A stretch of 64,000 bases of DNA. Source: Candidatus Obscuribacteraceae bacterium. Its GTDB lineage: Bacteria; Cyanobacteriota; Vampirovibrionia; Obscuribacterales; Obscuribacteraceae. Made by a program: the position numbers and the translations under genes. Where the stretch lies: contig JBGASG010000013.1 of the NCBI GenBank assembly GCA_044229845.1, forward strand, positions 1 through 64,000, written 5' to 3'. Under the pieces are notes generated by a model. It did no database searches. It had not been told where the DNA came from and saw only the letters and a list, made by a program, of their open reading frames with translations. Below, piece after piece: positions 19,838-29,526 of this stretch (position 1 is the stretch's first letter; each line of letters starts with the position of its first letter).

Positions 19838-19941
19838 ATTTCTTAACCGGGACCGGTCGCGAAAACGGCCGCCCGCCAGCGTGCGGCTGTATCATAATCC
19901 TGCAACTATGAAGGCATAGTGACAACTAACCGGGAGCGTAT

Positions 19942-20157
19942 ATGTCGGAAGCAAGCCACGAACATGACTCGTCGCCGAGATGGCTGATCTTCTTTTTCGT
20001 TTGCTTCGCAATCGTGATGACTATCGGTCTGGTCGCCATCTTCACTTATGATGCCAACGCTCCAGAGCCGGCAGCCGCCAGCGGCGGTCACGGCAGCATG
20101 CTGCTGCCTATGGATGGCGAATACGCCTTGCATGCGCGCATCTGGCCGCACGTCTAA
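19942..20157 (+). CDS. Small single-TM hypothetical protein
   Basis: GGGAG SD, one strong hydrophobic helix, upstream CATAAT. Confidence 0.65.
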   Translation: MSEASHEHDSSPRWLIFFFVCFAIVMTIGLVAIFTYDANAPEPAAASGGHGSMLLPMDGEYALHARIWPHV

Positions 20158-20164
20158 AGACTCG

Positions 20165-21493
20165 TTAGCCTTCCGCTTCTGATTTCACCTTGGACGGGAA
20201 GACTGCTTCCGGATCCAGAAGGTATTGCCTGACTAAATTGAGCGCATCCGACGAGGTGCGCTGGCGAATGTCCTGGCGAGACAGGTGCCGTGGATAGTTG
20301 TAGCGACGCACCGCCGTAAACTCATCGGTGCTGATGCCGATATACACCAGTCCGACCGGCTTGTCTTCCGAGCCACCGTCCGGGCCTGCAATGCCGGTCA
20401 CCGCCAGTCCAATGTCGGAGCCCGACATGAGCTGAACGCCTTCCGACATGGCTTTCGCGCATTCCTGGCTGACTGCGCCGAATTCATCAAGCACCGCTTT
20501 CGGCACTTTCAAGAGTTCTTGTTTGGCTTCGTTGCTGTATGTCACCACATTCAGTGACACATAACGCGACGATCCGGGCACGTCGGTTAAGCGCTTGCTG
20601 ACCAGCCCGCCGGTGCAAGACTCGGCGCACGAGATAGTCAATCTGGCGGCCGTCAGCAGTTTGCCGACTACCGATTCGAGCGTTTCCTGATTTTCGCCGT
20701 AGCAAAGAAACTTGCTTTCGCCTTTGATCTCATCGAGCACGGGCTTAGCCAGTGCGATTGCTTCCGCCTCGGTAGCGGCGCGCGCGGTGACGCGCAAACG
20801 GCATTCACCGAGTCCGGCATAGGGTGCGACCGTCGGATTGGAAAGTTCCAACAAGTGGTTGTACTTCTCGGCCAGCAACGATTCGCCGATGCCGTAGTGC
20901 TTCAATTCGCAAGACCAGACTATGCCTGGGCCGTACTTCTTTTGCAGAAACGGCCGGGCGATGTCCATCCACAGTCCTTTCATCTCGCTCGGCACACCGG
21001 GAAAGGTCAAAACAACGCGCTCGCGCTCGGGATGCGGGATTCCCTTTGCCGACAAAAGCGGCTGCGTGAGAGTCCAGCACACACCAGGAGCGGTGCCGCG
21101 CGGATTATTCATACGCTCGGCGCCGAGCGGTCTGTAAGCTTGCTTCTTATTGGACTCCGGCATGGGGACGCCGCGCTGATCGAAAAACAACTGAATGCGC
21201 GAGAGCACATCTTCGTCCAATTGCATGTCAACGCCGAAGAAATCAGCCAGCATCTCGTGCGTCAAGTCGTCCGGCGTCGGTCCCAGTCCGCCTGTAATCA
21301 GCACCACGTCTACCCGACCGAGGGCGAGACGCAGCGCTTCCTTCATGCGATCGACGTTATCGCCGACCACGGTGTGATGATAACAGTTAATACCCAGCTC
21401 GGCTAATTGCTCAGAGAGATAGTGCGCGTTGGTGTTGAGGACCTGCCCGAGAAGCAGTTCCGTACCTATACAAAGAATCTCTGCAATTGCCAT
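20165..21493 (-). CDS. cinA: Competence/damage-inducible protein CinA (with PncC-type C-terminal domain)
   Basis: IGTELLLG, GGLGPTPDDLT, PGVPSEM, AESCTGG, TGIAGPDGG. Confidence 0.96.
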   Translation of the reverse strand: MAIAEILCIGTELLLGQVLNTNAHYLSEQLAELGINCYHHTVVGDNVDRMKEALRLALGRVDVVLITGGLGPTPDDLTHEMLADFFGVDMQLDEDVLSRIQLFFDQRGVPMPESNKKQAYRPLGAERMNNPRGTAPGVCWTLTQPLLSAKGIPHPERERVVLTFPGVPSEMKGLWMDIARPFLQKKYGPGIVWSCELKHYGIGESLLAEKYNHLLELSNPTVAPYAGLGECRLRVTARAATEAEAIALAKPVLDEIKGESKFLCYGENQETLESVVGKLLTAARLTISCAESCTGGLVSKRLTDVPGSSRYVSLNVVTYSNEAKQELLKVPKAVLDEFGAVSQECAKAMSEGVQLMSGSDIGLAVTGIAGPDGGSEDKPVGLVYIGISTDEFTAVRRYNYPRHLSRQDIRQRTSSDALNLVRQYLLDPEAVFPSKVKSEAEG

Positions 21494-21585
21494 GTCACCA
21501 ATTTTGCTTTATTGACAAGGGGCAGCGGGTACAATCGCACTAGAGCGCAATATCAGGAAACCCACGCTAAGCCTATGTCAAGCGA

Positions 21586-21978
21586 TTGCGGCAATTTCTA
21601 GGCCCGAGCTTCCGGGTGGCGCCTCCTTGTCAGTGGAGCGGGCGGCTCCGTATCGCCGCCGCAGTTCTAATAGTGATGCTGACAATTGTCTCAATGGCGA
21701 CGACTAATTCATATGCAGAGCCACAGAAGCAACCGCCTGAAGATCCAAAGGACGGCCAGCACCGAGGTGATTCTTTCAGATCACGATCCCGACCTGGGCA
21801 ACTTCTTTATCGCGATCAACTGGGCAGGCGGAATAAAAAGACGCGCATGCTGGAGCCCGGCTTGTTCATCGTTCCTTTTGAGTTTTCACTGATTCAAGCT
21901 CTCGACCGGGAACCACTGGTGTGTATGCGCTGGCGCACTCGCATGAGCCCAGTGATTGCAAGTTCAAAAATCGACTGA
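21586..21978 (+). CDS. Possible small secreted hypothetical protein (start uncertain)
   Basis: Only sizeable ORF in the gap. Signal-like stretch RIAAAVLIVMLTIVSMATTNSYA. No recognisable family. Confidence 0.35.
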   Translation: MRQFLGPSFRVAPPCQWSGRLRIAAAVLIVMLTIVSMATTNSYAEPQKQPPEDPKDGQHRGDSFRSRSRPGQLLYRDQLGRRNKKTRMLEPGLFIVPFEFSLIQALDREPLVCMRWRTRMSPVIASSKID

Positions 21979-22479
21979 TCAAAATGGCGGCGGTACTAAA
22001 TATGGTGACTGCCAACCATGGTCACTACATGACCGGACGCTAGAGAAACCTTCAGGGCTGCGGGCTTCTCTGCACTGCCCGCACCCCGTTACCCATTAGA
22101 TCGCATTAGATCGCGAGCCCTCGCCAGTTGCTCGCAAATTCGTTTGCTTCTCTGTCTCTCGAAAAAATTGACGCAGCGACCGCCCGGAAGTTCCGACAAA
22201 ACGAGATTAAACGCAGCCCAGAAATCACCATTTGGCAAACTGTAGAAAAGCTGTCGAGAACTATATAGGGCTAGGCGGCATCCGACATCTTTTCGGCGAC
22301 CAAGAGGCGCAACAGGTGAGCGACAGGGCGATTTTGCATATACAGAAAATCCCTTGTAGAAAACAGGCGGCCTCTGCACCTGACATTTTGCGGTTTTAGA
22401 TAAATCCGTACGACAATACGGCGAATTCATATGCAGATCGCCGCATCAGCGCATAAACAATGAGCCTCCGGCGCAGCGA

Positions 22480-23574
22480 TCACAAGATGAGCATCGCATC
22501 GCCGTAGCTGAAAAACCGATAGCGCTCCTCAACGGCTTGCATGTATGCCCGGCGCACCAGGTCGTAGCCGCCGAAAGCCGACACCAGAACCAGCAAACTG
22601 GATCGGCTGAGATGGAAATTAGTGACCAGCCCATCGAGAATGCGAAATTGGAAACCGGGTTTTATGTACAGTGTGCTGGCAGCGCGTTCTGCCGGTTGCA
22701 CCAGTCCGCCGGCGCCGGCTGTTTCCAGCGTGCGGCAAGTGGTGGTGCCGACTGCGACTATTCGCCTGCCGACGCTCTTCGCTTGATTTATGCGGCGCGC
22801 ACACTCTTCGCTGATCGAATACTCTTCGGACTCGATCGTGTGTTCGTCCAGTCCTTGCGAGATGGGCTTGAAGGTTCCTGGTCCGACGTGCAACGTGATT
22901 TGCTCGATGGTGATGCCTTTCTCCTGCAGTTGAGCCACTACGTGCTCCGAAAAGTGCAGTCCAGCGGTGGGAGCTGCCACCGCCCCCGGTGCGGCTGCAA
23001 ATATGGTCTGGTAGCGCTCCAGGTCGGTGTCTCGCGACGTCTCGTTAAGCGAGCGCCCGCGTTCGATATAAGGCGGTAAAGGCGCATTGCCTACATCCGC
23101 CAGAAGCTTGTAGGTGTTTTCCTGTCCACCCAGATTCACCACTGCCCTTTTGTGCCCGTCGGGACCCAGCTCTATCTGCTCGATGACAATCTCCGCCTCG
23201 CGCCCCGACGGTGCATCGACACGCAACACATCACCGGCCTTCAACTTGCGCATCGGATTGGCCATCGCGTGAAAGCGACCGGGCGAGTCGCCTTGCGGCT
23301 TGAGCAGAAGAATTTCCACCTGCCCGCCTGTTGCTCTGCGAGCCAGCAAGCGTGCCGGTATCACCCTGGTGTTATTGACAACGACGACGTCGCCCGCTTG
23401 CAAGATGTCGACAATGTCAGCAAAATGGCGATGCTCAATCGAATCCTTGGCTCTGTTCACGACCAGCAATCGTGATTCGTGACGCACGGGCGTCGGATTC
23501 TGAGCGATCAGCTCCGGCGGCAGGTCGTACTCAAAGTCTTCGATGGTGTAGATGCGCTGTGATGTTTGACTCAT
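22480..23574 (-). CDS. queA: S-adenosylmethionine:tRNA ribosyltransferase-isomerase
   Basis: DFEYDLPPELIAQ, PLPPYI, AAPTAGLHF, LHVGPGTF, TNFH, YRFFSYGDAMLI. Confidence 0.98.
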   Translation of the reverse strand: MSQTSQRIYTIEDFEYDLPPELIAQNPTPVRHESRLLVVNRAKDSIEHRHFADIVDILQAGDVVVVNNTRVIPARLLARRATGGQVEILLLKPQGDSPGRFHAMANPMRKLKAGDVLRVDAPSGREAEIVIEQIELGPDGHKRAVVNLGGQENTYKLLADVGNAPLPPYIERGRSLNETSRDTDLERYQTIFAAAPGAVAAPTAGLHFSEHVVAQLQEKGITIEQITLHVGPGTFKPISQGLDEHTIESEEYSISEECARRINQAKSVGRRIVAVGTTTCRTLETAGAGGLVQPAERAASTLYIKPGFQFRILDGLVTNFHLSRSSLLVLVSAFGGYDLVRRAYMQAVEERYRFFSYGDAMLIL

Positions 23575-24604
23575 GAGCCTGAAACAGACGGTTGTCGATC
23601 TGGCGGCTGAAGTGGGTTTTCAGCGCTGCGTCGTGGCGGCTCTGCAGCCGATGCCGGAAGCCAAAACCAGATACGATGCCTGGCTGTCCCGCGACTTCGC
23701 GGCTGACATGGATTATCTCAAACGCGACTCAAATTTTAGGACATCGCCGCAACTTCTGTTTCCAGATGCACGAACGGCACTGGTCGTATCGGTCAGCTAT
23801 TACACGCCGCCGCCGCCCCATCCGGGCAGACAATACGGACAGGTGGCTGCCTACGCGGTCGGTCTCGACTATCACGTTGTTCTGCGCGCCAAATTGAAGC
23901 AGCTGCAACAAAAGCTCGAGCATAAACTCGGAAGCAACATAAAAGGTCGTGCTTTCACCGACAACGTCGCTCTTTACGAACAGGCTCTGGCTGCACGCTC
24001 TGGGATGGGTTTCCCTGGAAAGAACACCTTGATCATCGGACCCAAACTCTCGGGTTCCTACAATTTCATGGCAGAGCTTTTTCTAGACATTGATCTGGAT
24101 GCGGACGAACCTTATCAGGGCACCTGCGGCCAGTGTTTTCGCTGCGCGTCCGCCTGTCCGACCGGTGCCATCGTTGAGCCGCGCACCCTGGATGCTCGAC
24201 TCTGTATTTCTTATCTCACGATCGAAAATAAAGAAGACATCCCACCCGATTTGCGAGCCAAGCTGGGAGGCTGGCTCTTCGGATGCGATATCTGTCAGAT
24301 GGTCTGTCCGTACAATCAAGCACCACCACCGACACCATGGCCGGAGTTTCAACCGGAGGCAGGCGTTGGGCATTTCGTCGACCTCTTCGACTTATTGCGC
24401 ATCGCCACGCAAGAAGAGTTTCATGCCCGTTTCGTCCGGTTTGCCATCAGACGTCCGAAGCGCCGCGGGCTTTTGCGCAATGCACTGGTTGTCCTCGGCA
24501 ATCAAATACCTGAGGGCGGCGAGAAGGAGATACTCGCCTTTTTGGATCGCGAATCAGACCCGTTACTGCGTGAGCATGCCGCCTGGGCACTGGCGCAGTA
24601 CTAA
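23573..24604 (+). CDS. queG: Epoxyqueuosine reductase
   Basis: YAVGLDYH, GKNT, CGQCFRCASACPTGA, CISYLTIE, GCDICQMVCPYN. Confidence 0.96.
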   Translation: MSLKQTVVDLAAEVGFQRCVVAALQPMPEAKTRYDAWLSRDFAADMDYLKRDSNFRTSPQLLFPDARTALVVSVSYYTPPPPHPGRQYGQVAAYAVGLDYHVVLRAKLKQLQQKLEHKLGSNIKGRAFTDNVALYEQALAARSGMGFPGKNTLIIGPKLSGSYNFMAELFLDIDLDADEPYQGTCGQCFRCASACPTGAIVEPRTLDARLCISYLTIENKEDIPPDLRAKLGGWLFGCDICQMVCPYNQAPPPTPWPEFQPEAGVGHFVDLFDLLRIATQEEFHARFVRFAIRRPKRRGLLRNALVVLGNQIPEGGEKEILAFLDRESDPLLREHAAWALAQY

Positions 24605-25656
24605 CCGGTCTTCTCGGCGGTTTCGCTCTTCACGTAAGGTGTAATTTTGACGGCCCGACCTTTTTCGGCCGATTCAGCAATTGCTTCCATGATGCGCACG
24701 TCCTTCAAGCCCTCGAGCCCGCTGGGCTTGGGCTGCTTGTCCGCCAGAATGCAAGCCGAAAAATAGTCGATTTGAGCGGCAAACTGATCGGTCTTCTCGA
24801 ACGTTTCGGTTTCGGTTTCCGCTCCGTCGACGCTCACCTTTTGCACTTTGTCCATCGAGTAGCCGTATGCATCTTCGAGAATCAAATTGCCTTTGCTGCC
24901 CACTACCTGATAGCGCACAACCGGAGCCGCTCCCAGGCTGCAAATAAACTGGGCGAGCCGATTGCGAGGGAAGCGCATCGTGACGGAAAACATCTCTTCT
25001 ACTTCCGAAAAGCGTTCGTCATCTTCGCCGCTTTCCATCATGGCCATCACTTCCGTCGGTTCATCCTGAAATAGGTTGCGGGCCGCATTGACGCAATACA
25101 CCCCGATGTCGAAGAGCGATCCACCGCCCAGTTTGGCGATGGTGCGGCAGTTATCCGGTTTGACCTGATAGCAAAATATGGATGTGAAAAAGCGTGGCTC
25201 TCCGATTTTCTTCTCTTGCAGCATGGCTTGCGAGAGCAAGTTGGCTTCCTCGAAATAGAGTCGATAGGCGGTCATCAACTTGCAGTTGTTGGCGTCAGCA
25301 GCGTCGATCATTTCCTGGCAGGCGTGCGTCGTCATCTCCAGCGGCTTCTCGCAGAGCACGTGAATACCCTTGTTGAGGGCTCGAATCGCATACTCTCTGT
25401 GCAGCGTGTTCGGCAGCGCGATAAAGATGGCATCGACTTTGCCGCTGCTCAGGCAGCGATCGAAGTCGTCATAGTGCCAGCAGTGTTTGACGTCGTACTC
25501 CTGCGAGACGCCGTGCAGCTTGTCGACGCTGCCTGATACCAGCGCCGTCAGCTGCGAATAAGCAGTATTGGCAAAGGCAGGCAGCACGGCTTTCTGCGCG
25601 ATGTGTCCGAGCCCGACCACCGCGTATCTGATTTTAGGAAGTTCTCCTGACGTCAT
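24601..25656 (-). CDS. Gfo/Idh/MocA family oxidoreductase
   Basis: VVGLGHIA, HVLCEKP, GGGSLFDIGVY. Confidence 0.94.
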   Translation of the reverse strand: MTSGELPKIRYAVVGLGHIAQKAVLPAFANTAYSQLTALVSGSVDKLHGVSQEYDVKHCWHYDDFDRCLSSGKVDAIFIALPNTLHREYAIRALNKGIHVLCEKPLEMTTHACQEMIDAADANNCKLMTAYRLYFEEANLLSQAMLQEKKIGEPRFFTSIFCYQVKPDNCRTIAKLGGGSLFDIGVYCVNAARNLFQDEPTEVMAMMESGEDDERFSEVEEMFSVTMRFPRNRLAQFICSLGAAPVVRYQVVGSKGNLILEDAYGYSMDKVQKVSVDGAETETETFEKTDQFAAQIDYFSACILADKQPKPSGLEGLKDVRIMEAIAESAEKGRAVKITPYVKSETAEKTG

Positions 25657-25672
25657 AGCCGCTAATCAACCA

Positions 25673-26467
25673 TCAACCCATGCCTGCTGTCAATCCACCA
25701 TCGATTGGCAAGACCGCCCCGGTGATGTAGGCCGCCTCCGGCGAACAGAGGAAGAGGACCACCGACGCCACTTCTTCAGCCTCACCGACTCTCAGCATCG
25801 GTACGTTGGCGTCTACAAATTCCTTCAGCACTTGAGGTCCTGTCTTGCCTTGCCGCGCCCCCACTTCGGCATTGAAGCGTTCGCAAAGAGGAGTGCGAAT
25901 GCAGCCCGGGCAGATGCAATTGCAGCGGACATTTCTGTCGGCATAATCCAGGGCGATTGAACGCGTCAGCTGCACGATTGCCGCTTTCGACGTGCTGTAA
26001 GCCGCATTCAGCCTGATACCGCGGATGCCGGCATCGGATGCGTTGTTGACGATGACACCACCACCGGTGCGCAGCATCTCAGCCAGCACGGACTTGGAGA
26101 CGAGATAGGTGCCGCGCAAATTGGTGCCCAGAACGTGATCCCAGGTTTCTTCCGTAGTCTCGAGGAGCGGTGAAATGAACTCGACGCCGGCATTGTTGAA
26201 CAGAAAGTCTATCCGCCCAAAGTTTTGCACCGTCTGCCGGACGCTTTCATCCACGGCTTGCCCGTCGGCAATGTCTCCCGCAAAAGCAAGCGCAACAGCG
26301 GTTCCGGCGAACCGAGCATTGATCGCGTCCGCCACTTGCTGCGCGCTTTCGCCCGCAACATCGAAAACAGTCACAGAGGCACCGGCAGCAGCGAATGCCA
26401 ACGCTGTTGCTTTGCCAATGCCGGAGCCACCACCAGTGATGAAGGCTACCTTGCCGGAGAAGCGCAC
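25673..26467 (-). CDS. SDR family oxidoreductase
   Basis: TGGGSGIG, NNAG, YSTSK, IDGG. Confidence 0.95.
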   Translation of the reverse strand: MRFSGKVAFITGGGSGIGKATALAFAAAGASVTVFDVAGESAQQVADAINARFAGTAVALAFAGDIADGQAVDESVRQTVQNFGRIDFLFNNAGVEFISPLLETTEETWDHVLGTNLRGTYLVSKSVLAEMLRTGGGVIVNNASDAGIRGIRLNAAYSTSKAAIVQLTRSIALDYADRNVRCNCICPGCIRTPLCERFNAEVGARQGKTGPQVLKEFVDANVPMLRVGEAEEVASVVLFLCSPEAAYITGAVLPIDGGLTAGMG

Positions 26468-26769
26468 TAGTCTTTGCTCTTAGTCTTCAGCTCAGCAATC
26501 GAGTCGGAACTTACCTTGTCATTCTGCAGTTGCAAGTTGAGAGCGTCCAGAATCTCATCCGCAGTCAAAAGCTTGTTGGCAACCACCAGCTGTCCGATCG
26601 GCTGTCCTGTTTCTTGCTGCTGCTTCAGAAGCTTCTCAAGATCTTCGAGAGTAATCTTGCCGAACTTGACGAGTACCTCGCCAAGTTTTTCGTGGCGGGC
26701 AAGATACTGCCACTTCTGCTCGTCAGACCAGGTTTTGTATTCGCGGGCGTCGCTTTCGTCAAAGGTCAT
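26467..26769 (-). CDS. Stand-alone MshEN-like domain protein
   Basis: Two tandem 24-aa motifs, KLGEVLVKFGKITLEDLEKLLKQQ and PIGQLVVANKLLTADEILDALNLQ, with a 5-aa linker. Confidence 0.78.
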   Translation of the reverse strand: MTFDESDAREYKTWSDEQKWQYLARHEKLGEVLVKFGKITLEDLEKLLKQQQETGQPIGQLVVANKLLTADEILDALNLQLQNDKVSSDSIAELKTKSKD

Positions 26770-26859
26770 GTTTTGCTGTGCCTACAAGAGCCGCCATCAT
26801 TATAGCGAGCAATTAAGCCAAGCAGTCCAATTGTTGCTGGGTCGTCAGCCGACCTCAAA

Positions 26860-27858
26860 CTATGCGGTGGCGGCTTTTGAAGAGGTGCCGCCGGTGGAAG
26901 GTTTCTTCCGCGTGCTCTGCCATTCGCGCCAGAGAACCAACAAGCAACTGGCGTTAAAAATAGAAGAGTACGTCCCGGAGATGATACCGATCAACATCGC
27001 CAGCACAAAGTCTCTGGTCGTCACGCCACCGAAGAAGTACAAGCAGCTGAGTGTGATGATTACGGTCAAAGACGTATATATAGATCTAGCCAGCGTCTGG
27101 TTGACACTATCGTTGGCGATGTCGCCGAAGTTGCGACGATACTCCGTGCCATCGGCGCGATGCGCTTTGCTGCCGACATACTTGGCATTCTCGCGCACAC
27201 GGTCGAAGACGACTATTGTGTCGTGAACGGAGAAACCGATCACGGTCAGAATTGCTGAGATGAAGAGGCTGTCCACCTCTGTGCCGACAACCAGCCCCAG
27301 TATGGCGAAGATGCCCATCAGCACCAGCACGTCATGAAACAGCGCAGCGATGGCACAAAGAGCAAAGTCGAATTGAAAACGGGTCTTGATGTAAAAGACC
27401 ATCGCGCCGAATGTGAGAAACAGAGCCAGAAGACCACTGCTCAAAAGCTCAGGTCCGACCACGCCGCTGACTTTATCGACCGACAAAACTTTGAACTCGC
27501 CGAACTTGGCGGCCAAATTTTCGTTGAGTTGTTTCTTCAGCTTCTCGTCTTCTTTCTCGTCTTTGAGCGCCTTGGTGCGCATGACGATCACTTCTTGTCC
27601 CGAGATCTGCGCTTCCTGGACCTGCGATCCTTCTAAGCCAGTTTCATGCAGGACCTGCCTGACGTCATCGAGTCCGACATGCTTTTGAAATTGATACTGC
27701 ATCAGCGAGCCGCCGGTGAAGTCGATGCCAGGCTTGAGCGGCGCTCCGAACTCGAAGCAGCACATGACGATGGCAATCAAGCCCGGGATCATGAGAGCCA
27801 GCGAAATGCCGAACCACCACTTTCTGTACTTAACGATGTCTACGTGCGGAAGTTTCAT
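26860..27858 (-). CDS. secF: Protein translocase subunit SecF
   Basis: GIDFTGG, ALFHD, GFSVHDTIVVFDRVREN, GTYSSIF. Confidence 0.97.
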   Translation of the reverse strand: MKLPHVDIVKYRKWWFGISLALMIPGLIAIVMCCFEFGAPLKPGIDFTGGSLMQYQFQKHVGLDDVRQVLHETGLEGSQVQEAQISGQEVIVMRTKALKDEKEDEKLKKQLNENLAAKFGEFKVLSVDKVSGVVGPELLSSGLLALFLTFGAMVFYIKTRFQFDFALCAIAALFHDVLVLMGIFAILGLVVGTEVDSLFISAILTVIGFSVHDTIVVFDRVRENAKYVGSKAHRADGTEYRRNFGDIANDSVNQTLARSIYTSLTVIITLSCLYFFGGVTTRDFVLAMLIGIISGTYSSIFNASCLLVLWREWQSTRKKPSTGGTSSKAATA

Positions 27859-29423
27859 GCCGGTTCACCGCCTTTGGCTGCAGACGCACCAAGCGCCGAG
27901 CCGGTTTTGCTGCGCGACCCCGGCTTCATACCGAAAAGCGGAACGTTCTTCGGTATCAGGTGCAAGAGCACACGAGTAGCGGTAATCGCAGAGAACATCG
28001 AGACCGCCACCCCGAGCGCCAGCGTGACGGCAAATCCTTTAACGATGGAAGTGCCGAACATCATCAAGACAACGCAGGCGATCATGCTGTTCATGTTGCT
28101 GTCGAAGATGGAACTGAAGGCGCGACTGAACCCGGCTTCAATCGCCGTGTAGAGAGTCTTGCCACTTTTCAGTTCTTCCTTGGTGCGTTCGAAGATCAGA
28201 ATGTTGGCATCAACCGCCATACCTATAGATAGGATGAAACCGGCAATGCCAGCCAGGGTTAAAGTGACTGGAATGGTCTTAAACAACGCCAGCGTCGTCA
28301 GCGAATAAAGAATCAGTGCCACGTTTGCCACCAATCCCGGTATCCCATAGATAATCAGCATGAAGAGCATGACGCTGGCGATGCCAATCACACCTGCATG
28401 CAAACTTTTTTCGATTGAGTCTTGCCCGAGGGTGGCGCCGACAGTGCGCTCTTCGAGGATCACCACTTTGGTCGGCAGCGCGCCGGCATTCAGTTTGGCC
28501 ATCAAGTCGGCGGCTTGATCCCGAGTGAAACTGCCTTGAATCGTACCCGTGCCGCCCATGATCGGCTCGTTGACACGAATGCCGTTGTATTCCTTGAGGG
28601 ACATCGGACGCCCGTCAGGTCCTCTTTCGGTCGGCAATCCGTCCAGAAAGATACCAATCTGTCTGCCCACCATGCGCTGAGTCAACTTGCCGAATTTGGT
28701 GGTGCCGTCACCCTTGAATTCAAACCCGATGTGCCAGTTCTGTCCGCCTGACAGCGGGGAAGCATTGGCTTTGCTGAAGTCATTACCTGTGATACCGACA
28801 TCTTTCCAGAGGTAGTTGCCATCTTGATCGCGAGCCGGCATGCCGGTCATCGGATCGTAGACCATTTCTTTGAATTCCAACAAAGCAGTGGTGCCGATGC
28901 GGTCTTTGGCCTGTTGCGGGTCTTTGACACCGGGCAATTCGACGATCAATCTGTCTTTGCCGCTGCGCTGCACGACTGTCTCGGAAACACCAAGGCTGTT
29001 GACGCGGTTGTTGATGACTGTCTCCACCGAAGTCATTACTTCCGGTGTGATGTTTGGTACCTCTTTAGTTGGTACCGCTTGCAGGAGAAGCTGGCTGCCG
29101 CCGCGCAGGTCCAGACCCAACTTGAGGTTGGTAATGATCGCGTAACCCTTCACATGCCCAAGCACTTGAATGTTGTTGGCGAACTGCGCCTCTTCAAACA
29201 ACAGTTTGGTGCGGCTTTCGCGCTGAAAACCGTCCATCTTTTCATAACCGGGAGTCTTTTCTACCCGGGTGAGAACATCGACTTGCAACTCTTCGGGCGG
29301 CAGGGCAGCCATGCGCTGCCACTCTTTTAGTTGGGACTCGGGCACCACCTGAAACAGGTTGGTCAACGACCAGATGAGCACACCGAGAACAGCCAACGCT
29401 TTCCAGTTCTTTTGAAACATCAA
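27855..29423 (-). CDS. secD: Protein translocase subunit SecD
   Basis: LKLGLDLRGG, VELPG, AGALP, VGATLG, GMAVDANILIFER. Confidence 0.97.
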   Translation of the reverse strand: MMFQKNWKALAVLGVLIWSLTNLFQVVPESQLKEWQRMAALPPEELQVDVLTRVEKTPGYEKMDGFQRESRTKLLFEEAQFANNIQVLGHVKGYAIITNLKLGLDLRGGSQLLLQAVPTKEVPNITPEVMTSVETVINNRVNSLGVSETVVQRSGKDRLIVELPGVKDPQQAKDRIGTTALLEFKEMVYDPMTGMPARDQDGNYLWKDVGITGNDFSKANASPLSGGQNWHIGFEFKGDGTTKFGKLTQRMVGRQIGIFLDGLPTERGPDGRPMSLKEYNGIRVNEPIMGGTGTIQGSFTRDQAADLMAKLNAGALPTKVVILEERTVGATLGQDSIEKSLHAGVIGIASVMLFMLIIYGIPGLVANVALILYSLTTLALFKTIPVTLTLAGIAGFILSIGMAVDANILIFERTKEELKSGKTLYTAIEAGFSRAFSSIFDSNMNSMIACVVLMMFGTSIVKGFAVTLALGVAVSMFSAITATRVLLHLIPKNVPLFGMKPGSRSKTGSALGASAAKGGEPA

Positions 29424-29526
29424 TAAATCCAGCGACTGTTCAGAGAGGCTATTTTAGCGCAGGCGCGACTCTCTTCGCTTGGTCGCTGGAGCAACTAAGC
29501 AAATGCGTTACTACTGGCTTGTCGGT

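Noticed and set aside
21512..21535. TTGACA...TACAAT promoter-like pair
   Set aside because: The spacer is only 12 nt.
22233..22300. GGCAAAC...GAAA resembling the start of a c-di-GMP-I riboswitch
   Set aside because: The following GACGCAAAGC element and P2 pairing are missing, and there is no co-oriented downstream gene.
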